Positions 9,255-18,192 of a DNA stretch of 64,000 nucleotides are shown here, one piece after another. The translations under genes were made by a program, and so were the position numbers. How positions within the stretch are numbered: position 1 is the stretch's first letter; each line of letters opens with the position of its first letter. The notes beneath the pieces were generated by a model that made no database searches, was not told the origin of the DNA, and was given only the letters and a program-made list of their open reading frames with translations. This DNA comes from an uncultured virus (IMG/VR IMGVR_UViG_3300043499_000172) (taxonomy: Duplodnaviria > Heunggongvirae > Uroviricota > Caudoviricetes), in the IMG/VR virus record IMGVR_UViG_3300043499_000172; one strand, written 5' to 3'.

Positions 9255-10349
9255 GCTGGTCCCACCAATATCCCTCTCGGCGATCCCAAGGCCGTCAAGC
9301 GCTGGTCTGGTCAGCTATTCCTCGACATCCTGACGAAGGGCTACTTCGACAGGAAGTTCGTGTCGGAGAGCGACAACAGCGTCATCCAGCGCCTCACCGA
9401 TCTCGAATCGGATGCTGGTGACCAGATCAGCTTCGACCTCTCGGTGCAGCTGCGCAACAAGCCCACCGTCGGCGACAACCGGCTCGAGGGCAAGGAAGAG
9501 AACCTGCGGTTCTTCACCGACACCGTCTACATCGACCAGATGCGGCACGGCGTCTCTGCAGGCGGTAAGATGAGCCGCAAGCGCACGCTGCACAACATCC
9601 GCTCGATCGCCCGCGACCGCCTGTCGGATTACTGGTCGCAGTACATCGACCAGATCAATTTCATCTATTTGTCCGGTTCGCGCGGCGTCAACCAGGACTA
9701 CATCGAAGACGTCACCTGGGCGGGCTTCGCCAACAACGCCATCCTCGCGCCGGACACCGGCCACATCATCTATCCCGGCACCGGCGGCAAGGCCGGCCTG
9801 GTGGTCGGCGACGTGATGACCCGCGTCGTCATCGAGCGCGCCGCCGTCAAGGCGACGATGATGCGGGCGTCGGACCCGACGACCGCCAACATGATCGCCA
9901 TCAACATCGATGGCGAGCAGCATTACGTGCTCTTGATGTCGCCGTTCCAGGAGTACGACCTTCGCGTCTCCGACACCGGCGGCTGGCTCGACATCCAGAA
10001 GGCCGCGGCGCAGGCCGAAGGCCGCAACAACCCGATCTTCAAGGGCGGGTTGGGCATGATCGACAACGTCGTCCTGCACAGCCACGAGAACGTCATCCGC
10101 TTCAGCGACTACGGTTCCGGCAACAACATCCTCGCGGCGCGTGCCCTGTTCATGGGCCGGCAGGCGGGTGTCGTCGCCTATGGCTCGACAGGCGGGCTGC
10201 GGTTCACCTGGACCGAGGAGATGTCGGATCACGGCAACGAGCCGAAGGTCGCGGCCGGCGTCATCATGGGCATCAAGAAATCCCGGTTCAACGGCAAGGA
10301 CTTTGGCGTCCTGTCGATCGACACCGCGGCCAAGGACCCGAACCCGTAA
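9252..10349 (+). CDS. Major capsid protein (N4-gp56/DUF4043-like)
   Basis: DLESDAGDQISFDL..L...P..GD..LEGKEENL.F, NPIFKGGLGMIDNVVLH, ARALFMGRQA, KKSRFNGKDFGV. Confidence 0.93.
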   Translation: MAGPTNIPLGDPKAVKRWSGQLFLDILTKGYFDRKFVSESDNSVIQRLTDLESDAGDQISFDLSVQLRNKPTVGDNRLEGKEENLRFFTDTVYIDQMRHGVSAGGKMSRKRTLHNIRSIARDRLSDYWSQYIDQINFIYLSGSRGVNQDYIEDVTWAGFANNAILAPDTGHIIYPGTGGKAGLVVGDVMTRVVIERAAVKATMMRASDPTTANMIAINIDGEQHYVLLMSPFQEYDLRVSDTGGWLDIQKAAAQAEGRNNPIFKGGLGMIDNVVLHSHENVIRFSDYGSGNNILAARALFMGRQAGVVAYGSTGGLRFTWTEEMSDHGNEPKVAAGVIMGIKKSRFNGKDFGVLSIDTAAKDPNP

Positions 10350-10361
10350 GGAGAGATCTTC

Positions 10362-10832
10362 ATGACCACCATTCTGGGCGGGGCCTTCAAGAACACCCCC
10401 GTCGCCTATCCCGGCAGCGCCGGCGATGTCGTCGTCAACCGTTTCGAGTTCTCCATCCCGGCGTCGAACCCGATCGTGCTCGCCGACATCTTCGAGTTCG
10501 CGTCGCTGCCGCCCTACTGCCGCATCGTCGACGGCTACCTCGACGTGCCCGGCCCGCTCGGCGCCACTGCCACGTTCAACATCGGCGTGCTGACCGGCAA
10601 TGCCGGCGACACCGCCGATGGGTCGCGCGTCATCACCAACCAGGAGTTGTTCGTCGCCGTGGCCGGTGCTACCGCCGCTCCCGGCGCGATCACCCGCCTC
10701 GCAGCCACCCAGCTCAGCGCATTCCGCCTGGCGCCGGACAGCAAGGAGCGCGGCATCGGCTTGATCTTCACGGCTCGCACTGTCGCCGTTTCGGCGTCGA
10801 TCGCGCTGACGCTGATGGTCGCAACTACTTGA
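10362..10832 (+). CDS. Putative capsid decoration/cement protein
   Basis: Immediately after capsid; beta-rich 156 aa; AAGGAG SD. Confidence 0.65.
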   Translation: MTTILGGAFKNTPVAYPGSAGDVVVNRFEFSIPASNPIVLADIFEFASLPPYCRIVDGYLDVPGPLGATATFNIGVLTGNAGDTADGSRVITNQELFVAVAGATAAPGAITRLAATQLSAFRLAPDSKERGIGLIFTARTVAVSASIALTLMVATT

Positions 10833-10940
10833 GCCTGCGCAAATCCGGGCAAGGGGTTCAAGTATCGTCCGGCGGCCCGTAGGCCTGATCTCCTCTCCAG
10901 GCCGACGGTCCGCCGGTAAAGTCTGAAGAGGAGAACGGGC
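10826..10940 (+). promoter_or_regulatory. Structured intergenic RNA: hairpin over the stop codon plus a long hairpin whose loop pairs with the downstream SD
   Basis: Stem 10869-10887/10898-10916 (17 of 19 pairs); loop TCTCCTCT 10889-10896 complementary to AGAGGAGA 10927-10934. Confidence 0.6.
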
Positions 10941-11510
10941 ATGGCCAAGAACAAGGAAGACCCAGGCTTTTTCGGTGGTGGTGGCTTTCTCGGCACGGGC
11001 CTTGGCCGCACCGACCCGGACGCGCCTGCGCCGCCGCCACCGCCAAAGGTGAAGTCCACCCCGGTCCCGAAGCAGGTGCACAGGTCCGAGATCGACGCCA
11101 ATAACCCATGGGTCAAGTCGGCGCGTGGGCAGGAAGAGGCTGCGGTCAAGGCGACCGGCGGCAAGTTCAAGCGCAGCGAGGAGAGCGGCGTCAACCCGAA
11201 CCTGCCGTGGGTCAAGACCATCCGCGAGCGCGACGCCCGCATCAAGTCGCCAGCGACTGTCGCTCCGCCAGCCGGCGGCGGCGGCAAGAAGGTCACCAAG
11301 CGCCAGACCACGACCGTCACGCCGACGCCGCGGCCGCAGGCCACCGTCAAGCCGCAGGCAGCCGTCCGCGGCGTCCAGAGCTGGCGCGGCGGCGACGTGC
11401 CGCAGCAGGTCCGCTACGACCCCGGCACCAAGCCGAACCCGAGCAAGAAGCAGCGGGCCGCCGCCGGCGCCCGCCATGATTTCAGCGGCCTCAAGGGCTT
11501 CTTCAAGTAG
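10941..11510 (+). CDS. Basic Pro/Lys-rich protein
   Basis: Strong SD GAGGAG; low-complexity basic sequence with two PWVK motifs. Confidence 0.7.
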   Translation: MAKNKEDPGFFGGGGFLGTGLGRTDPDAPAPPPPPKVKSTPVPKQVHRSEIDANNPWVKSARGQEEAAVKATGGKFKRSEESGVNPNLPWVKTIRERDARIKSPATVAPPAGGGGKKVTKRQTTTVTPTPRPQATVKPQAAVRGVQSWRGGDVPQQVRYDPGTKPNPSKKQRAAAGARHDFSGLKGFFK

Positions 11511-11522
11511 GGGGCCAGGCGC

Positions 11523-12602
11523 GTGGGTCTGTTCGTGGGAACCAAGGCACAGCTAGCTGCCTCGAAGAAGCCGAAAGGCCGCTCGAAGGGCGGCAAGGCG
11601 TTCGACAAGGCGTTCGCTGTCGCGTCCAAGAACCCCAAGACCAAGACCTTCTCGTTCGGCGGCAAGAGCTACAGCACCAAAATGGCCGGCGCGTCGAAGT
11701 CGAAGGGCGGCAAGAAGGCCGTCGCCGCCGTCGGCAAGCGCCCGGAGCCGAACGCGCCGTCGCGCGCCCCGACGCTGCAGGCGCGCGCCGCTGCATCGGC
11801 GCTGCCTGACAAGACCAAGGCGACGCCGGGCAAGCGGCCAGTCGGCAAGGCCAGCGCATCCGCGCTACCTAACAAAACCACGGCCACCCCGGCCAAGCGC
11901 CCGACGCCCGGCAAGGCCAGCGTCAGCGCACTGCCCAAGACCGCACCGAAGCCAACGCCGTCGCCACGCCGCGACAATCGCGCCGCCGAGGCCGCCAAGG
12001 CGAACCCGCCCAGCGGCCAGTTCAAGACGATGCGGTCCGGCCAGGACAAGCTGGCTGCCGGGTCCGAGACGCGCTCCAGCTTCAAGCCGCGCCCGGCCGT
12101 CGTCACGGCGGGAGCGCCGGCCACGGCCAAGCAGAAACTCGACAAGCGCATGGCGCAGGCCAGGACCAGCTCGGCGAAGGCCGACAAGGCCGGCGAGCGC
12201 GGCGGTGTCGCCGTCGCCGCCGTGAAGCCGCCGGTCGGCGGCCGCTACACGCTGCCCAAGACCAAGGTGTTCGGCAACGTGCCGCGGCCGGCGCCAGCCA
12301 CTCGGCAGCCGTCGCTGATGAAACCTATACCGAACGCGCCGCTGAAGCCATTGCCGAGCACGGTGGTCAAGGCCGGTGGCGCCACTGCCGCGGCACCCAA
12401 CACCTTCAGCGCCAAGGATCGGATCGCCGGTGCGATGAGCAAGGCCAAGGTCGCGTCGGCTGCCGCCGACCGCCGCTCGGCAGCGCCGCCGGCGGGTGTC
12501 GCCGGCATCGTGCGCCCAGGCACCAGCACGCCGCTGCCCAGCCGCGCCCGCCCGACCAGCGCCAAGGCGGTGGTCAAGAAATTCGTTGGAGTGAGACGTT
12601 AG
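11523..12602 (+). CDS. Basic Lys/Ala/Pro-rich protein with internal repeats
   Basis: FDKAFA....KTFSFGGKSYSTK motif; repeated ASALP.KT.ATP.KRP. Confidence 0.7.
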   Translation: MGLFVGTKAQLAASKKPKGRSKGGKAFDKAFAVASKNPKTKTFSFGGKSYSTKMAGASKSKGGKKAVAAVGKRPEPNAPSRAPTLQARAAASALPDKTKATPGKRPVGKASASALPNKTTATPAKRPTPGKASVSALPKTAPKPTPSPRRDNRAAEAAKANPPSGQFKTMRSGQDKLAAGSETRSSFKPRPAVVTAGAPATAKQKLDKRMAQARTSSAKADKAGERGGVAVAAVKPPVGGRYTLPKTKVFGNVPRPAPATRQPSLMKPIPNAPLKPLPSTVVKAGGATAAAPNTFSAKDRIAGAMSKAKVASAAADRRSAAPPAGVAGIVRPGTSTPLPSRARPTSAKAVVKKFVGVRR

Positions 12603-12743
12603 ATGGCCAAGAAACCAGCGGCGTTCCCGCCCAAGGGCAAGACCTTCCGCTCGGACACCGGCGGGACTATGAAGTTCGGCAAGACGGCTGCGCTGCCGGC
12701 CGCGCCAAAGGGCGTCGCGCGCAAGGGGAAGAGGAAGAGCTGA
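12603..12743 (+). CDS. Small Lys-rich protein (46 aa)
   Basis: MAKKPAAFPPKGKTF...RKGKRKS; abuts the previous stop; not in ORF track. Confidence 0.65.
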   Translation: MAKKPAAFPPKGKTFRSDTGGTMKFGKTAALPAAPKGVARKGKRKS

Positions 12744-12744
12744 C

Positions 12745-13455
12745 ATGCTGGTTCAATGCACCTACGGGCCTACTGTCACCGAGGTCGGTGGCACGACCTA
12801 CAGTTTCATCCCCGACGAGTTCGGACGCGCCGTCGCGACGGTGCACGACGAGCGCCACGTCCAGCTGCTGACGTCGGTCGTCCACTACCGCGTCGTGCTG
12901 AAGGACCCCGACGAGCTGACGCTGACGTCGCTCGACCCGGCGACCGCCGAGCTGGGCGGCGAGGATTTCGTGCTGCGCTGCCTCGGCGCCGGGTTCGGCC
13001 CGGATTCGGTGATCTTCTTCGCCGGCCAGCCCGAGCCGATCGTCTTCGTGTCGACCGAGGAGATCACCACCATCGTCAAGCCGTCGCTCGGATGGGGCGC
13101 CGTCACGCTGCCGGTCTACGTGCGCCGCTACGACCTGGCGGTGACCGACCCGCTCGACTTCACCTTCACCGAGCCGGTGGTGGTCGAGGAAGACCTGCCC
13201 GACGAGGATCCTGACGAGACGGAGGGCTATGACGCCGGCGACGACGGCGAAGACGTTGGCAAGATCCCGCTGACCGAGATCAACGGCATCGGCAAGGGCA
13301 CCGCTGCCAAGCTCGAAGCCATGGGCATCGACGACGCCCGCCAGATCGCCAAGTGGTCGGCCAAGAAGGCCAAGGCCATCGACGACGAGCTGGGTCTCAA
13401 CGGCCGCGTCGAGCGTGACAACTGGGTCGGGCAGGCGAAAGCCTTGGCGGGATGA
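12745..13455 (+). CDS. Virion-module protein with IPT/TIG-like domain and C-terminal helix-hairpin-helix
   Basis: LTSLDPATA...GAGFGPDSVIFF (Ig-like); LTEINGIGKGTAAKLEAMGI...QIAKW...RVERDNWVGQA (HhH). Confidence 0.75.
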   Translation: MLVQCTYGPTVTEVGGTTYSFIPDEFGRAVATVHDERHVQLLTSVVHYRVVLKDPDELTLTSLDPATAELGGEDFVLRCLGAGFGPDSVIFFAGQPEPIVFVSTEEITTIVKPSLGWGAVTLPVYVRRYDLAVTDPLDFTFTEPVVVEEDLPDEDPDETEGYDAGDDGEDVGKIPLTEINGIGKGTAAKLEAMGIDDARQIAKWSAKKAKAIDDELGLNGRVERDNWVGQAKALAG

Positions 13456-13458
13456 TGG

Positions 13459-14175
13459 ATGCCGACAGGCCAGGAAATACTCTCGCGCGCGGCGGTTCTG
13501 CTCAACGACGTGGATCACGTCCGTTGGCCGCTACCGGAGAAGTGCGACTGGCTTAACGAGGGCGTCCGCGCCATCTGCCTGGCCAAGCCGTCGGCTGCCT
13601 CGATGACGATCGTCCTCAAGCTGCAGGTCGGGACGCTGCAGAAGCTGCCCGACGCCATCCTCGACAGCCCGGTAAAGCCGCTCAGCCTGCTGTCGGTCAA
13701 CCGCAACATCCTCGACGCCAACGAGCCGCGCAAGGCTGGCCGCATGGTCAAGCACACCGCGCGCGGCCAGCTCGACGTCACCGACCCCGACTGGCACGAC
13801 CGCAGCCGCGTGCAGTTCCGCAAGGAGGTGCGCAACTACTGCTACAACGACATGGTTCCCCTGGAGTACTATGTCTACCCCGGCAACGACGGCACCGGCA
13901 TGGTCGAGGCCGAGATCGGCCACCTGCCGCCGCCGGTCGCCATTGCCGTCGACGCCGACCCCGCCGACCTCGCCTCCTACGCCGTCGACGTCGGGCTGCC
14001 GGAGCCATACTCGGTGCCGCTGCTCGACTACGTGCTGTATCGCTGCCAGATGAAGGACGACACCGACGGTGCCGCCGGACGCTCGGCCGTCCACTACCAG
14101 CAGTTCGCCACCGCGATCGGCCTCAAGATCCAGGTCGAGAAGGCGCACAGCCCGAATGCGAGGGCCTCGACGTGA
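13459..14175 (+). CDS. Head-tail adaptor protein
   Basis: LNDVDHVRWPL.E..DWLNEG, YYVYP, LLDYVLYR motifs of podoviral adaptors. Confidence 0.75.
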   Translation: MPTGQEILSRAAVLLNDVDHVRWPLPEKCDWLNEGVRAICLAKPSAASMTIVLKLQVGTLQKLPDAILDSPVKPLSLLSVNRNILDANEPRKAGRMVKHTARGQLDVTDPDWHDRSRVQFRKEVRNYCYNDMVPLEYYVYPGNDGTGMVEAEIGHLPPPVAIAVDADPADLASYAVDVGLPEPYSVPLLDYVLYRCQMKDDTDGAAGRSAVHYQQFATAIGLKIQVEKAHSPNARAST

Positions 14176-14795
14176 TGCGCGACATCGACGACTTCCTCAC
14201 CGAGGTGCTGGTCTACGCACCCAATCTCAACGAGCCGCTGGCGCACCGCGTCATCCGCGACGCGGCGCGCGACCTGTGCTTCAAGGCCCGGCTGTGGCGC
14301 GAGCGCGACAGCATCCAGATCGACGACCCGACCTACGAGGGCATCTGCACCATCCAGGACGCCGACATCGTCGAGATCGAACAGGCCAAGTTCAACGGCG
14401 TCAACCTGACGCCGGTCACCAAGCGCTGGCTCGACGGCTTCAATTGCGACTGGCAGAACAGCGAAGTCAGCAGCGGTGCCGCCCAGTACGTCACCCAGCT
14501 CAACCCGAACACCGTCACCGTCTATCCGTTCGCCGAGGGAACGCTGGAGCTGGGGCTGATCCTGCAGCCTTCGCTGACCGCCACCACCATGCCGGACTGG
14601 CTGCTCGACCTGCATCGCGGCCTGATCGGCCAAGGTGCCGCGGCACGCGCGCTGCTGCTGCCGGGCGAGAATTCCAACCCGACGCTCGGTGCCGGGCTGC
14701 AGTCGATCTTCGAATCCAAGGTCGCCTCGGCCAAGACCCAGTCCGTCAAGGGCCAGCAAGGCGCGCGGCTGCGCACGAAGGGAGATTACTTCTGA
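14175..14795 (+). CDS. Tail tubular/adaptor protein
   Basis: IRDAARDLC.KARLWRE...GAAARALLLPG pattern; position in tail operon. Confidence 0.65.
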   Translation: MRDIDDFLTEVLVYAPNLNEPLAHRVIRDAARDLCFKARLWRERDSIQIDDPTYEGICTIQDADIVEIEQAKFNGVNLTPVTKRWLDGFNCDWQNSEVSSGAAQYVTQLNPNTVTVYPFAEGTLELGLILQPSLTATTMPDWLLDLHRGLIGQGAAARALLLPGENSNPTLGAGLQSIFESKVASAKTQSVKGQQGARLRTKGDYF

Positions 14796-15211
14796 TGCCA
14801 GCTTCGACCTATGCCGGTAACAAGATGCTCGACCTTTTGCTGCGCGGCGTCGCCTTCGCGGCACCCGCCCGCGTCTTCGTCTCGCTGCACATCGCCGACC
14901 CCGGCGTCGGCGGCGCCAACGAGATCTCGCTCGCCGCATGGCCGTCCTACCTGCGGCAGGACCCCGCCGTCGGCGGTGCGGTCGACACCGGCTTTGGCGC
15001 GGCTGCCGCCAAGACCACGAACAACCTCAAGCAGATGAATTACGGCCCGATGGACGGGCCGGGCGACATCACCATCTCCCACGCCGCGGTGTGGGACGCG
15101 CAGGTCGCCGGCAACATGCTGATCTACGGCCCGCTGACCACGCCGCGCACTTTCTCGCCGACCGACGAGGCAGCGATCAGGATCGGCAAGCTGATCGAGT
15201 CGGTCATATGA
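14795..15211 (+). CDS. Tail-associated structural protein
   Basis: STYAGNKMLD...VSLHIADPG..GANE...ISHAAVWDA..AGNML motif common in phage tail modules. Confidence 0.75.
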   Translation: MPASTYAGNKMLDLLLRGVAFAAPARVFVSLHIADPGVGGANEISLAAWPSYLRQDPAVGGAVDTGFGAAAAKTTNNLKQMNYGPMDGPGDITISHAAVWDAQVAGNMLIYGPLTTPRTFSPTDEAAIRIGKLIESVI

Positions 15212-15212
15212 C

Positions 15213-15920
15213 ATGGACATCGACGACCATGGCGCAATCAACGGCAACGACATCGATGTCCACGAGATCGATGGCAGCGCCTTTGTCCTCGACGTCGAGG
15301 CCAGCCATGCGTTCGCCTTCGCCCAGCTGCTCAACACCGGCGGCATCAAGGGCCTCGCCGCCGATCACTCGTTCCGCCTCACGCAGCTCATCGACAGCGG
15401 CCGCGTCAAGAGCATCGCGGCCAGCCACTCGTTCCGCTTCGACCAGCAGGCAAGCACTATCCGCGTCAAGGACATGGCGGCGAGCCATACCTTCACTGTC
15501 AACCAGGCGCTGGTGCTCGGCCGCATGCGCGCCATGGCTGCCGACCACAGCCTGGCCTTCAGCCAGACGACAGGGCTGGGCCGGGCGATCGGCCTCGAAG
15601 CCGGGCACGACTTTGCTTTCGAGCAGGCTGTCGAATCGATCAGCGGCGCCTTTGGCGTCGACAGCCACATGGCCTTCGCGCTGCAGCTCGACGGCCAGCT
15701 CGACAGCGAGTTCATCGGCCGCTGGGAGTGGGTTCGCCGCGTCGTCGTGCCGCTCGAAGACCGTGCTATGCAGGTCGCCGAGGAGCCGGTCCGCGAGACG
15801 CCGCTCATGGTGCTGCCGCGCGAGAGCAGGCTGTTCGCCGTCAAGGTGCAGCACCGCCGCATAGTCATCCCGCGCGAGCCTGTCGTGCTCGTTCGGCAAA
15901 AGCACAAGGTGATCGCATGA
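15213..15920 (+). CDS. Tail-associated protein with ~21-aa repeats
   Basis: Repeated A.HSF.F.Q units. Confidence 0.7.
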   Translation: MDIDDHGAINGNDIDVHEIDGSAFVLDVEASHAFAFAQLLNTGGIKGLAADHSFRLTQLIDSGRVKSIAASHSFRFDQQASTIRVKDMAASHTFTVNQALVLGRMRAMAADHSLAFSQTTGLGRAIGLEAGHDFAFEQAVESISGAFGVDSHMAFALQLDGQLDSEFIGRWEWVRRVVVPLEDRAMQVAEEPVRETPLMVLPRESRLFAVKVQHRRIVIPREPVVLVRQKHKVIA

Positions 15921-16204
15921 GTTGCCTCGCAGCCATGGAGAAGGCCCCGGTCGACCGGCTCGACTATGACGTCGACTACGGCCGTTGGCTGACCGACAGC
16001 GACACCATCGGATCGGCAAGCGCGACGGTCGTCGACGCCACCGTCGGCTTCGTCGTCGACCAGGTCGAGTGGACCGACCAGGTCGTCCGCGTCTGGGTGT
16101 CGGGCGGCGTCGACGGCGAGGAATCCGAGATCCGCGTCTACGCCACGACGCTGTCGGGGCGGACCAAGGAGGCCCGCTTCGAGATGCGCGTGCGGGACTG
16201 CTGA
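15917..16204 (+). CDS. Tail fiber adaptor-like small protein
   Basis: KAPVDRLDYDVDY..WL...DTI...VWVSGG..G...TT.SGRTKE. Confidence 0.75.
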   Translation: MSCLAAMEKAPVDRLDYDVDYGRWLTDSDTIGSASATVVDATVGFVVDQVEWTDQVVRVWVSGGVDGEESEIRVYATTLSGRTKEARFEMRVRDC

Positions 16205-18192
16205 TGGGCCTGATCACCACCAACAACGCGCTGTCGACGCTGGCTGCCGCGATCAGCGTCGGCACCACGACGTTGACGGTGCAGGCCGCCGATGCCGCCA
16301 AGTTCCCGACGCCGGCGGCTGGCGACTGGTTCCCGGTGACGCTGGTCGACGGCGTCAACCTGGAGATCGTGCGCTGCACGGCGCGCGCCGGCGCCGTCCT
16401 GACCGTGGCGCGCGGCCAGGAGGGCACCGCGGCGCGGGCCTTCCCGATCGGCGCGCGGGTGTCGCACCGCCTGACGTCCAACGCCATCTCCGTGCTGCTG
16501 CAGGACCCGCCAGCCGACGGCAAGCAGTATGCCCGCAAGAACGGCGCCTGGGACGCCGTGCTGGTGGTGGCGATCGGCGACAACCCGCCAGCCTCGCCGG
16601 CGATCGGCCAGCTGTGGTGGGAGAGCGACACCGGCAATTTGTTCATCTGGTACGACGACGGCAACTCGGTGCAGTGGGTGCCGACCAATGTCGGCGCGTT
16701 GCCGGAAGGCGGCTCCGGTGGGAGCGGCGGCAGCGGCATCCTGTTCAGCGATGGCATCTTGCTGGGTGGCGGCCCACCGGGCACCGACATCGGCGAGCTA
16801 GGCGATGTCTACCTCGACACCGAGACGGGCATCTTCTACGGCCCGCGCGCTGGCGTCAGCACTGCCAGCGTGTTCGGGGCATCGTTGCCCAACACCTTCA
16901 CCGGCCTTGGCCAGAACTACGAGGTCGGCACGCTCTTCACTGCCGTCAAGACCGGCTACATCATCGGCGTCCGCTGGTATCGCCAGCTTTCGGAAAACAC
17001 CCGCACCAGCCGCAACATCACGCTGTGGAGCGGTGCCGGGGCCAACCTCCACCGGGAACTGATCGGCGGCGAGCCGACCGACGCCAACCAGTGGGTCGTC
17101 AAGACGTTCGCCACGCCGCAGCCGGTGACGGCTGGCGCGTCTTACGCCGTCTCTTACGACTGCGTCGGCGAAGGCGTCGCCCACTCGCTCAATTTCCACA
17201 CGGCGCTGATGTCGACCCCGGCGTTCAACTTCCCACCCAATGCCGGTTGCTACTCGCCGACGCCGCTGGCCTACCCCGGCACCGGCACGTCCAACGGCTA
17301 CTACATCGAGCCGATCTTCTCGCTGACGCCAGTCCCGGAAGAAGGCTGGCCTGTCGCCGTCGATCTGGTGACACAGGACGAACTCAGCAGCAGCGGCGGT
17401 GGCGGTGGCGGCATCGCCGACGCGCCCAACGACGCCAACGCCTATGTCAGGAGCGGCCTAGCCTGGGTGGTCGGCTACACCAAGGCGGCGATCGACACGC
17501 TGCTCGGCGCCTTCGTCGCCAAGACCGGCGACACCATGACTGGCAACTTGGGCGTGTCTCCGACGGCCGGGCCGGCGTCGGTCACCGTGACGTCGGCCAA
17601 CAGCAACGCCTTCCATTACCTCGACAAGGGCATCTCCGGTGCCACCAACGCCATCGTCGGCCGCAAGGCGTTCTCGCAGCGCTGGCGCCTTGAGCTGGGC
17701 GACGGCACCGCCGAGGCCGGATCCGACGCCGGCTCCGACTTCACCGTCCGCCACTACAACGACAGTGGCGGCTCGCTCGGCGTGCCCTTCCAGATCAACC
17801 GCGCCACCGGGCTGGCGATCGTCAAGGGCGACCCGACTGCGCTGCTCGGCATCGTTACCAAGCAGTATGCCGACGCCGGGCTGGCCACCAAGGCGGCGAC
17901 CGTGCACACGCACGCGCAGGCCGACGTTACCAACCTGGTCACCGACCTCGCCGGCAAGGCACCGACGGTGCACACCCATGCGCAGTCGGATGTCACCGGC
18001 CTGGTCGCGGCTCTCGCCGCCAAGCTCGACGCCAGCGCCTACACGGCGGCCGACGTGCTGACCAAGATCAAGACGGTCGACGGCGCTGGCAGCGGTCTCG
18101 ATGCCGAGCTGGTCGGCGGCAAGAAGTTCACCGTCGCCTCGACAGCGCCGTCCTCGCCGGCGACCGGCGACGTCTGGATCGACACAACCTGA
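16204..18192 (+). CDS. Tail fiber protein 1 (anchor, foldon-like motifs, DUF4082-like domain, HxH repeats)
   Basis: TNNA...RGQEGTAARAF anchor; YEVGTLF...GYIIGVRWY; VAKTGDTMTGNL; VHTHAQ repeats; SGLDAELVGG. Confidence 0.85.
   Translation: MGLITTNNALSTLAAAISVGTTTLTVQAADAAKFPTPAAGDWFPVTLVDGVNLEIVRCTARAGAVLTVARGQEGTAARAFPIGARVSHRLTSNAISVLLQDPPADGKQYARKNGAWDAVLVVAIGDNPPASPAIGQLWWESDTGNLFIWYDDGNSVQWVPTNVGALPEGGSGGSGGSGILFSDGILLGGGPPGTDIGELGDVYLDTETGIFYGPRAGVSTASVFGASLPNTFTGLGQNYEVGTLFTAVKTGYIIGVRWYRQLSENTRTSRNITLWSGAGANLHRELIGGEPTDANQWVVKTFATPQPVTAGASYAVSYDCVGEGVAHSLNFHTALMSTPAFNFPPNAGCYSPTPLAYPGTGTSNGYYIEPIFSLTPVPEEGWPVAVDLVTQDELSSSGGGGGGIADAPNDANAYVRSGLAWVVGYTKAAIDTLLGAFVAKTGDTMTGNLGVSPTAGPASVTVTSANSNAFHYLDKGISGATNAIVGRKAFSQRWRLELGDGTAEAGSDAGSDFTVRHYNDSGGSLGVPFQINRATGLAIVKGDPTALLGIVTKQYADAGLATKAATVHTHAQADVTNLVTDLAGKAPTVHTHAQSDVTGLVAALAAKLDASAYTAADVLTKIKTVDGAGSGLDAELVGGKKFTVASTAPSSPATGDVWIDTT

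Noticed and set aside
10830..10919. TGA readthrough or SECIS-like recoding of the decoration gene
   Set aside because: The hairpin includes the stop itself, and the 28-codon extension does not look protein-like
10923..10960. CTGAAGA hammerhead-like core
   Set aside because: No correctly placed GAAA or stems II/III
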